Assembly: GCF_016903815.1 (NCBI RefSeq)
Contig: NZ_CP069973.1
Reading direction: 5' to 3' (one strand)
Source: Escherichia coli
Lineage (GTDB): Bacteria > Pseudomonadota > Gammaproteobacteria > Enterobacterales > Enterobacteriaceae
Length of the DNA stretch: 64,000 nucleotides
A program made the translations under genes and the position numbers. Shown here piece by piece: positions 22,356-33,783 of the stretch. How positions within the stretch are numbered: position 1 is the first letter of the stretch; each line of letters opens with the position of its first letter. The notes under the pieces were generated by a model, which made no database searches, was not told the origin of the DNA, and worked only from the letters and a program-made list of their open reading frames with translations.

Positions 22356-23084
22356 GTGGCTTTACCGGAAGCCATGGTGAAGGGATATATCACCCGCCTG
22401 GAGAACCAGCCTGTGCAGGGGGAAGTATCGTCTCCGGTAACGCTACTGGCGCAGGCACTCAGGCTTGAAGCTCCGGATGTGCAGGAACATCAGACCCTGC
22501 CGCACTCCCGTCTGGTGTATGTTGTTTCTGAAACAAAAACAGAGCCCACACTCTTCCTTCAAAAATCCCCGCTCACGTTTCTGAAAACGTTTGTTACAGG
22601 TGTCTGTACGGCATTGCTGGCGGTCTGCGTGGCCATTCCGGGATGGCAGTTTCTGACACAGCCATCACCGGCGGAGCAGCAACTCAGGGCGCTGCTGACA
22701 CCCTCACCGGATGTGCTTTCAGCAGACCAGATGATGCAGCTCAGCAGAACACTGTTAAATCATGCGTCAGAGTGGATAACCCTTTCCGGTCAGCAGATAA
22801 CGCGACTGACAGAATTCCCCCCGGCATACAACCTGCAACGCAGTGTGCAATTGCTGCAGCAACTGATGGTACTTTTCCCCGACAATCCTCGTGTTCAGGA
22901 AATGGTGGATAACTGGCAGAAGAGTGCAAGGAGTCGTGCGCTCCCGGAAGAGGCGATGACTGGCTGGAACGAAGGCATGACCCGCTTACAGCTGTTGGCT
23001 GAGCGCCTGAACCGTCCGGATGAACAGCGGGGAAAATACATGACGGTCAGTGAGCTGAAAACGGAGGTGTCTGGCATCATGTAG
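22356..23084 (+). CDS. Hypothetical membrane protein immediately downstream of IS2 (start ambiguous: GTG at 22356 or ATG at 22374; frame stays open upstream across the IS2 site)
   Basis: One predicted TM helix (FVTGVCTALLAVCVAIPGW); possibly C-terminal part of the ImpA_N gene. Confidence 0.4.
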   Translation: MALPEAMVKGYITRLENQPVQGEVSSPVTLLAQALRLEAPDVQEHQTLPHSRLVYVVSETKTEPTLFLQKSPLTFLKTFVTGVCTALLAVCVAIPGWQFLTQPSPAEQQLRALLTPSPDVLSADQMMQLSRTLLNHASEWITLSGQQITRLTEFPPAYNLQRSVQLLQQLMVLFPDNPRVQEMVDNWQKSARSRALPEEAMTGWNEGMTRLQLLAERLNRPDEQRGKYMTVSELKTEVSGIM

Positions 23085-23275
23085 GCTTTTAACCGGCATA
23101 TCCTGGCAGAAGAACAGTTGTGTCACTATGGTGAAGTCCGCAACCAGAATGGAAGCGAGCAGCAGCAAAAACAAATGAAAGATGCATTTGTTAAGCTGAT
23201 TCACGTTTACTGTTTTATATAAAGCCTTTAGGATGTGGGGGAAGGGGAGTGTTGCAATTTATTCGGTGAGATAGT

Positions 23276-23983
23276 TTGTTTGTGGAGTGTTTAAGCGCTT
23301 TTGGATGTTCGTCTGTTGTTTCGAATAGTATGGTGAATATGAATGGTAAATATAATGTCAGGAGTGAATTGTTAGCTCGTTGTATCGGAACTGGTAGATT
23401 GAAAGGAGATGTGAGAAGTGATTTTATTGGGTTTAATGGTAGTAAACAGGTAGGTTATGTTTTATTAACTTTGTTCTTAACGAAAGTAATAAATTCTGAT
23501 TTGCTCTCTCATTATCGTATATTTAATCGTTTTTTGCATTATGAGAGAAAAGTTATGGACATATATAATTCTTTGAGTGATATAGAAGTTGATTGTATTT
23601 GCCAGGAAGTGATGGCTATATATGAACATACTCAGCGATGCTGCAACGAAAAGAAAATCACAACTATCCAGTTAGGCAGGAAACTTAATGGCAGGTATGC
23701 AGATACGATTGCTGAGTTAAAAGAAACAGCAGAGATAAGAGGGGAGGATGTGATTTCTTTTGAGATGGATATATTGAATTCTTTTAATGATGCGGATGAA
23801 TATCACGGACGTGTTAAACTGGAGTTGGATATACCTGCTTCAGATATATTATATTGCCATGATTTTATTGATTCAAAACATGTAAACTCCTGGTTGGTTG
23901 AACCACATGAGTGGGTGGTTATAAATCGTTCTCTCAATGGGATTGTTACAGTGCCAGTATCATCAATAAAGATTCTTTATTGA
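23276..23983 (+). CDS. Hypothetical protein in AT-rich segment, start uncertain
   Basis: 235-aa ORF with visibly low GC compared with neighbours. Confidence 0.35.
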   Translation: MFVECLSAFGCSSVVSNSMVNMNGKYNVRSELLARCIGTGRLKGDVRSDFIGFNGSKQVGYVLLTLFLTKVINSDLLSHYRIFNRFLHYERKVMDIYNSLSDIEVDCICQEVMAIYEHTQRCCNEKKITTIQLGRKLNGRYADTIAELKETAEIRGEDVISFEMDILNSFNDADEYHGRVKLELDIPASDILYCHDFIDSKHVNSWLVEPHEWVVINRSLNGIVTVPVSSIKILY

Positions 23984-24123
23984 TAAATATGTTTGTAATA
24001 TGTTTTATATGTTCATCAGGATGAAAGTAAGCAATTTTAGTAGTGGCTAATTAAACGTCATTTAATGTTTGTTGCTATATGTTGAAAGCATAAACAGGTT
24101 TCTTTTGCATAAAGTAAAAATAA

Positions 24124-25356
24124 ATGAATGATAATTTTTTAACGGAGAAAGTCCTTACTGGAGAGAATGTTCTGCGTGCAGCAATTGCTCGTATTGAGTG
24201 GATTTTTGAAATATTTCCATCAGTTTGTCTCTCTTTTTCCGGTGGTAAAGATTCCACCGTGCTTTTCCATCTTGTGGCTGATGTGGCCCGCAGGAAAAGA
24301 CGTCGTTTCTCTGTACTGTTCATTGACTGGGAGGCTCAGTACCAGTGCACCATTGAACATATTCAGAAGATGCGGGAAATGTACCATGATGTGACGGAAA
24401 CCTTTTACTGGGTGGCGCTTCCCCTGACCACGGTAAACGGTGTCTCGCAGTTTCAACCGGAGTGGATATGCTGGGAGCCTCGTGTGACCTGGGTTCGCCA
24501 GCCACCGGAAGAGGCCATTACGGATATGGCGTATTTTCCCTTTTACCGGTATGCCATGACGTTTGAAGAATTTGTTCCGGCATTTTCTTCCTGGTTTGCT
24601 GGCAACCGGTGTGGAGTGGCAGTGCTGACCGGTGTCCGGGCGGATGAATCCCTCAACCGCTTTATGGGACTGGTGTCCCAGCGCAAACTGAGATATGCCG
24701 ATGATAAGCCTTGGACCACGGCATCGCCTGAAGGGTTTTACTACACTATGTATCCGCTGTATGACTGGAAAACTCGTGATATCTGGATATATCACACCAG
24801 AACCCGTGCCATCTACAATCCCCTGTATGATCTGATGTACCGTGCCGGCGTACCGTTACGCAACATGCGTGTCTGTGAACCTTTTGGTCCTGAACAACGT
24901 AAGGGACTGTGGCTTTACCATGTTCTGGAACCGGAAACCTGGGCCAGGATGTGTGAGCGGGTGTCAGGGGCTGCCAGCGGGGCACTTTATGCCAATGAAA
25001 GCGGGGCTTATTTTGCCCTGCGTAAGCGCATATCAAAACCAGCCCATCATACCTGGCGCAGCTATGCGATGTTTCTGCTGGATGTGATGCCGGAAAGAAC
25101 GGCAGAACATTACCGCAACAAGATAGCTGTCTATCTGCGCTGGTATCAGACGCGGGGCTTCCCGGATGACATCCCGGATGAACAGGAGAATGACCTGGGG
25201 AGCCGGGATATTCCGTCCTGGCGACGTATCTGTAAGACTCTCATAAAGAATGATTTCTGGTGCCGTACCCTCTCCTTCAGTCCGAACAAACCCCGGCACT
25301 ATGAACGTTATCTGCAGCGTATGAAAGAAAGGAGGAAGGAATGGGGGATTCTGTGA
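24124..25356 (+). CDS. ibrA: IbrA-like PAPS-reductase/DndC-like ATP pyrophosphatase family protein
   Basis: PP-loop SFSGGKDS near N-terminus; 410 aa; overlaps downstream ParB-like gene by 16 bp. Confidence 0.7.
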   Translation: MNDNFLTEKVLTGENVLRAAIARIEWIFEIFPSVCLSFSGGKDSTVLFHLVADVARRKRRRFSVLFIDWEAQYQCTIEHIQKMREMYHDVTETFYWVALPLTTVNGVSQFQPEWICWEPRVTWVRQPPEEAITDMAYFPFYRYAMTFEEFVPAFSSWFAGNRCGVAVLTGVRADESLNRFMGLVSQRKLRYADDKPWTTASPEGFYYTMYPLYDWKTRDIWIYHTRTRAIYNPLYDLMYRAGVPLRNMRVCEPFGPEQRKGLWLYHVLEPETWARMCERVSGAASGALYANESGAYFALRKRISKPAHHTWRSYAMFLLDVMPERTAEHYRNKIAVYLRWYQTRGFPDDIPDEQENDLGSRDIPSWRRICKTLIKNDFWCRTLSFSPNKPRHYERYLQRMKERRKEWGIL

Positions 25357-25979
25357 CACCGGAGATACTGAGCAACATGATTCGTCAGTACTTCAGCCAG
25401 GAACGACCAGAAGAAGAGGCCATACAGGCCCTGAATCATCTGCGCAGGGTGCTTCATGAGGTCAGTCCATTTGCACAGGAGCCTGTGGACTGTGTGCTGT
25501 GGGTGAAAGCAGATGAGGTGGTGGCCAACGATTATAACCCCAATGTCATGGCGCCGGGTGAGAAGAAACTGCTGAAACATTCACTGGAGCAGGATGGGTT
25601 CACGCAGCCTGTGGTTGTCTCGGAAGAGAAGGAGCATTATCTGGTCGTGGATGGTTTTCATCGTCAATTACTGGGCAGGGAAGCAGGTACGGGAAAACGC
25701 CTGAAGGGCTGGTTGCCAGTGACCTGTATTAATCCGGAAAGAAAGGGACAGGCCTCACGTATTGCTGCAACCATTAGACATAACCGGGCCAGGGGGAAGC
25801 ACCAGATAACTTCAATGTCTGATATTGTCAGGGACCTGTCGCGGCTGGGCTGGACGGATGAACGTATTGGTACGGAGCTGGGTATGGACCAGGATGAAGT
25901 TCTCAGGTTGAAACAGATTAGCGGGCTGACGGAGCTGTTTCTGGAAGAGGATTTCAGTCCGGCATGGACGATTCGCTGA
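25341..25979 (+). CDS. ibrB: IbrB-like ParB/sulfiredoxin-fold (DGQHR-like) protein
   Basis: VVDGFHRQ motif (DGQHR-like) in a 212-aa ORF. Confidence 0.65.
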   Translation: MGDSVTPEILSNMIRQYFSQERPEEEAIQALNHLRRVLHEVSPFAQEPVDCVLWVKADEVVANDYNPNVMAPGEKKLLKHSLEQDGFTQPVVVSEEKEHYLVVDGFHRQLLGREAGTGKRLKGWLPVTCINPERKGQASRIAATIRHNRARGKHQITSMSDIVRDLSRLGWTDERIGTELGMDQDEVLRLKQISGLTELFLEEDFSPAWTIR

Positions 25980-26018
25980 GACCGTCATATATGTATATTA
26001 TTTCAGTGAGTTAATGTT

Positions 26019-26327
26019 TTGAGCAGGAAAAAGAGTACCCCGGAAGTCGTGGAATACATGGTTGCACAGAAGCTGGAGGCTGCGGGTTGCTGGCGCAGAG
26101 CTTCCGCCCGCTGGCTTTTTGTTATGGGAAATGTTGAATGTACAGAAGCACAACGGGAGTGGTTGTTGTTGCGCAGGAATTATTGCCTGGCGCAGATATC
26201 GTCCCCGCCGCTACCTGAAAAGCTGGATATCAGCGAAGTGGCGAAAGCTGCAGATGCCACGCTGAGGCGAATGGGGATTGCCAGTCCGTCCGGGGAGGTA
26301 TTCAGAAAAGGTACACCGGTCTGTTGA
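26019..26327 (+). CDS. PerC-family transcriptional regulator homolog
   Basis: LEAAGCWRRASARW segment resembles PerC/Pch family. Confidence 0.5.
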   Translation: MSRKKSTPEVVEYMVAQKLEAAGCWRRASARWLFVMGNVECTEAQREWLLLRRNYCLAQISSPPLPEKLDISEVAKAADATLRRMGIASPSGEVFRKGTPVC

Positions 26328-26347
26328 TATTCAGGTAACAGGTATTA

Positions 26348-26992
26348 ATGATGAAGAAAGGAATGGCAAACAGTATATCAATGACATGGCAACTTTTATG
26401 CGATGATCATGGTTTTACCCGGGAGCACTACAATCAGCTGAAGAAATTCAGCCCGGAGGCATTACGTGAAATTATTGCTGAAATAGCCTGCTGCCATCCG
26501 TCAACCAGTATATTGCTCAGGAATAAGTGGCTGACACTGCCGGAGGATATTCCGGAGCAGGTTACCCGTGAATACGAACGAAGAATACAGAACTGTCCAT
26601 CTTTCAGGAGCGAGAAAGAGGCGGAATCCTGGCTAAATGAACTGTTTTTTGCTGTGATTGCGCCGCTATACCGGGTTGTCCCCGGACAATCAGAACAGGT
26701 TGAATCCTTTGTTCTGCAGCTTATTGCCGAACAGGAGCGGGTTTGGGAGCTTATTCTAACCAATGATGGTTATTCATGGCATTGCGCACTTTATGATATA
26801 TTATTTCATCTGGTTTTACGAAATATGGAAGACCAGCCTGAACATCAGAGACAGCGAATAACAAAAATACTTAATGAGTCCGATACAAGGCGGGTTGCAG
26901 AAGAGATTAAATTCCGGATTCAATATCTTCAGGATGAAGAACAAAAGAGAGTTTTAAGTGAGTTGGTAAATGTCCTGATTTCAAAAAGATAA
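26348..26992 (+). CDS. Hypothetical protein
   Basis: 214-aa ORF 20 bp downstream of the PerC-like gene. Confidence 0.4.
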   Translation: MMKKGMANSISMTWQLLCDDHGFTREHYNQLKKFSPEALREIIAEIACCHPSTSILLRNKWLTLPEDIPEQVTREYERRIQNCPSFRSEKEAESWLNELFFAVIAPLYRVVPGQSEQVESFVLQLIAEQERVWELILTNDGYSWHCALYDILFHLVLRNMEDQPEHQRQRITKILNESDTRRVAEEIKFRIQYLQDEEQKRVLSELVNVLISKR

Positions 26993-27427
26993 AACATGTC
27001 GGAGTAATTTTTCTATATATTAAAAAAACAGGTTTGTATTACCATAAAGGAGATCGGTGAATAACCGTTATTGGATGATCTCCTTCCATAAAAATACGCG
27101 CAATCTAACGGTTCGCTCTGTGCCAAAAAAAGACATTGCTCACAATATCGAGTTAATCATTCGGCCGTTGAACATTCCCATTGAAAAATTTCTCAGTATA
27201 GAATATACCAATGTTGAGGGCATTCCTCTTACATCTCGAAGGATAACTATCATGGGTCTAAAACCAGGTCCAAAACCAATTGCTAAGTCAACAGGAAAAC
27301 CGGATCAACGCCGACGCGATAATAAAGATACTCCTGGCAATACTCCGGGATTAAAGCCAAGTAAGTCCACAGGTAAGTAAAAAATAAGGGTATAAATACT
27401 TATTTATACCCTGACTACATATCCAGT

Positions 27428-28252
27428 CTACTGAAGGTGTTTCTGCAGCCAGATGCACGTTCCTTCTATATCATACGCCTGTGCCCCATACCCTTTAGCA
27501 AGCAAAGTCTCTGGTAAATACTCGTCATATTTATCCAGATACTTGTCGGGAACAACTGCAGCAAGCTCAAACTCTGAAGGTAGCCCCGACAATAGCATTT
27601 TCTTAAGTGCACGCTGGACAGAGGCAACGCCTGAGTCCTCTACCTCTATCACACCTGCAAATGAACTGGCTTTAAAGCCACAACGTATAATCAGGGACGT
27701 AATTGTATTGACAATTTTATCCCCCATCCACGGGATCACGTAGCAGTTCTGACCACTGGCAATAAAACAGTCATTTTGTAGATTGTAGCGTTGGAAGTTG
27801 TCACTTCCTTCCGCGAAGAGGCTTCTGGCTGCGGCATCAGCATAATCGACTCTCTTGTTGCCTACCGCGATACGGTAATCATTTTCCCTGTAGATAGTGA
27901 GCATTTCCTGGCGAACAACATCATGAACAGACATCCCGGTACCACTGAATAGTGGCGGCTGACCGCCTTTAGTCGTCTCAACATAGATAACCTTTTTTTC
28001 AACCTCGATCTCTGTCACTTTCCAGCGCCGTCCGCCGAAGATGATGTGCTGCTCCGGCAAAAGTGGGGAGTCTACAGGCACTGTGCCAAGAGTTCGGTTT
28101 CCCGTTACAATGCGAAACTCCTCAGGTGTATTGAATACGGCATAAAACGTGTAGTGATTAGTCAGCTTCTCCCCCTCAGCCCCGACAACTATTTCACCGC
28201 TGGTTAGTTGAGTGAGCAGTACGGGGTCGGACCGGTATGCAGCGAACTGCAT
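27428..28252 (-). CDS. Hypothetical protein abutting an IS junction (possibly N-terminally truncated)
   Basis: 274-aa ORF whose 5' end overlaps the start of the IS3-family OrfB frame on the opposite strand. Confidence 0.4.
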   Translation of the reverse strand: MQFAAYRSDPVLLTQLTSGEIVVGAEGEKLTNHYTFYAVFNTPEEFRIVTGNRTLGTVPVDSPLLPEQHIIFGGRRWKVTEIEVEKKVIYVETTKGGQPPLFSGTGMSVHDVVRQEMLTIYRENDYRIAVGNKRVDYADAAARSLFAEGSDNFQRYNLQNDCFIASGQNCYVIPWMGDKIVNTITSLIIRCGFKASSFAGVIEVEDSGVASVQRALKKMLLSGLPSEFELAAVVPDKYLDKYDEYLPETLLAKGYGAQAYDIEGTCIWLQKHLQ

Positions 28253-28604
28253 ATTGCCCCGTCAACGTATTACCATTGTCAGCAACAGCGACATCATCCG
28301 GATAAACGCAGTGCCCGTGTGCAGCACGATGACTGGCTGAAGAGAGAGATACAGCGCGTATACGATGAAAATCATCAGGTGTACGGTGTGCGTAAAGTCT
28401 GGCGTCAGTTGTTACGGGAAGGAATCAGGGTGGCCAGATGTACAGTGGCGCGCCTCATGGCGGTTATGGGACTTGCCGGTGTTCTCCGGGGTAAAAAGGT
28501 CCGTACGACCATCAGCCGGAAAGCCGTTGCCGCAGGCGACCGCGTAAACCGTCAGTTCGTGGCAGAACGTCCTGACCAGTTGTGGGTGGCTGATTTTACT
28601 TACG
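28208..28604 (+). CDS. IS3-family transposase OrfB, 5' exon
   Basis: Ends ...ERPDQLWVADFTY just before GTGTG. Confidence 0.6.
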
Positions 28605-31347
<2,743 letters not shown>

Positions 31348-31389
31348 GTTCACAGATAAAACACTCTCCAGGAAACCCGGGGCGGTTCA

Positions 31390-31539
31390 TTCCTAAAAAG
31401 ACATGTCTTGCCCAATATACTCAACATGAACTAGATCTGGTTGCTGCTCAGCTAAACAACAGACCGAGAAAGACACTGAAATTCAAAACACCGAAAGAGA
31501 TAATTGAAAGGGGTGTTGCATTGACAGATTGAATCTACA
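31390..31539 (+). mobile_element. IS30 3'-terminal fragment
   Basis: Encodes ...[34 protein letters not shown] and ends in terminal repeat ...TTGACAGATTGAATCTACA. Confidence 0.5.
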
Positions 31540-31874
31540 GTAGCCTTTTTTAATATTTCATTCTCCATTTCAATGCGTTGTAGCTTTTTCCTCAGCTTAC
31601 GTATTTCGATTTGTTCTGGTGTTATCGGAGAGGCTTTTGGTGTTTTGCCCTGATGCTCATCACGCAGTTGTTTGACCCATCTTGTCATTGTGGAAAGGCC
31701 AACATCCATAGCTTTGGCGGCATCTGCCACCGTGTATTTCTGGTCAACAACCAGTTGAGCGGATTCGCGTTTAAACTCTGCGCTAAAATTTCTTTTTTTC
31801 ATTGGAGCACCTGTGTTGTTCTGAGGTGAGCATATCACCTCTGTTCAGGTGGCCAAATTCAGTGTGCCACTTCA
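31540..31874 (-). mobile_element. IS911 5' fragment (left inverted repeat plus most of OrfA), truncated by the IS30 fragment
   Basis: Orf[22 protein letters not shown]...EILKKAT then divergence; IRL TGAAGTGGCACACTGAATTTGGCC at 31851-31874. Confidence 0.6.
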
Positions 31875-32219
31875 AGCCGGGAGCGGCGTCAGCCAGTCTC
31901 CCTTTACCCGCGCTTTTTCGGAAAGCCCACCCCAATGTTTTTCTCCTACACCCCAGCCGGTCAGCAGGACCTTATCCCCGGTCTGATATTCAGGATGTGA
32001 GCTGGCGGACACTGTACCGGCAAAATCAATGCCTGGCACCATTGGAAAGTGCCGGACGATAGGCCCGCGGCCCGTAATAGCCAGTGCGTCTTTGTAGTTG
32101 ATAGATGAACAGTCGACATTGACCTCCACATCCCCCTGTGGCAGCTCGCTTTCAGCGATTTCAGCAATTTGGGCACTGTGGCGGTCATCCATCTTACTGA
32201 TTAATAATGATTTAAACAT
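31872..32219 (-). pseudogene. N-terminal fragment of a YhdH/AcuI-like zinc-type oxidoreductase, truncated by IS911
   Basis: 115-aa ORF (...[33 protein letters not shown]...) runs directly into the IS911 end. Confidence 0.5.
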
Positions 32220-32823
32220 TTTTTTTCTCGTCTTTCTGGTTTGATGTCATTGAGCTATAAAGTAGTCAATAAACAATATTGACCGATCGTCTAATAATCA
32301 ACGCTGATATCCCAGTGTTTGTCAGAAAACAAGAATTGCTTTTCTTTTCATCAGGTTAAATCTATCTTTTTTGATTTATATCAAACCAGATTCGGTCTTC
32401 AATTATATAGGCATCAATGTTAGCGGTCCTACAAGATACGCAGTCGATGCTTCAGGGCGTACTGATGAAATAAAACAAGTAGGCTGAGATTAGTTGGTCT
32501 GCTCATCGCTCACAGCGGACCTTCAGCTTCGTTAGCCAAGCGCTGACATAGTTACCGATGTAGCGTGTTAATCTGTCGGGAGCATAGCCGAAATCACTTA
32601 ATCCATTAGACTTCACCTAAAACTGCAAAAATTACCGTCTTTGTCACACTCACCGAGTTTAATCAAACTAACACTGTACATAGTGCGAACAAGAGCCAAC
32701 CAGAAAGACTGTTCAGCATCAACAGTGAAGTTTTTCCCCGCCACTTCCCCGCAATTCCTCCGCAGTTTTCCCACTAGAGAGTTCGACACATCCCTTGCAT
32801 ACCAACGCTTTGATTCAAATCTC

Positions 32824-33588
32824 GGTAGTGCATCCAATTAGTAGAATATGTGTTTTTCGATAAATGCTCCGATCACTTTTTCGTGGATCTCAACTGAGCG
32901 TGAGAAGCAGATTGTTTACGAGCCAACCGCTTAATGTGGGTGCGTAGCGTCAGATTATTACGCTCAATGCGTTGGGTGAATATTTTGCCGGTCAGATGCT
33001 TATTCTTCGGCACCACCCGGCCATAGCTGTCCCAGTCATCGCTGGTGAGCATGCCGATGTTGAAGGGTGTAAGCAGTGCCAGTAGCTCCCGGCACGTTTG
33101 ATTGGTTCGGGGACCAAAAGTGTAGGCCAGTACACCGCCTGTTTTGGTGTTGTACGCGTACCAGAGCCAGTGTAGCCGGGCTTTACTGCCAACGTAGCTC
33201 CATTGCTCATCAAGCTCGCAGATAAGCGCCACATCAGCATGGGCAACAGGCGAAGAAGTTATTTGCGTTGGCGCGAGTTTTTTAAAGTCCGGATGATGGT
33301 GTTAATACCAATTTTCAGTGTCCTGGCGGTATCGCGAACCCCGGCACCATTAAAGGCCATTTCAGTGATCATCTCTTTCATACCCGGCTTACGTGCTTGA
33401 TAAGTATAAGTGAGCTGAAACACACGGTGGCAGTCACGGCAGCGAAATCTGTCACGGCCTTTAGGGTTCTGACCATGGCGGTAAACCTGAGCTGACTGAC
33501 AACGGGGACAATGAATATTAACGCTGGCCATGAGATAACCTCAAAAGCCCGTATTATACATCAGATTCAACCAATTAGAGGCATCACC
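32824..33588 (-). mobile_element. IS1-family insertion sequence, divergent isoform (InsA-like 33259-33531, InsB-like 32873-33232)
   Basis: InsA-like zinc-finger ORF and InsB-like ORF; terminal repeats GGTAGTGCATCC... and ...GGCATCACC. Confidence 0.7.
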
Positions 33589-33783
33589 CTTTCCTACATT
33601 CGTAGGACTTTGATTACATATAGCAAGGGTTAATTCTTATATACATAGAATAAATTAGGAATATAATGAATTTTATCGTGACGACCTTATTTATAATTAA
33701 TTTATATCGTCAGAGAAATTAGTGTCCACAACATGAAGCCTTACAAAGAGATTCTATGATTTAAAAAAAATAAGAGCCAGCTT

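Noticed and set aside
20539-23084. A type VI secretion system locus
   Set aside because: Only an ImpA_N-like domain gene is present; no sheath, baseplate, Hcp or VgrG-like ORFs occur anywhere in the window.
27057-27380. 107-aa plus-strand ORF with a Lys/Pro/Gly-rich tail
   Set aside because: Low-complexity composition in an AT-rich intergenic stretch with no motif; probably non-coding.
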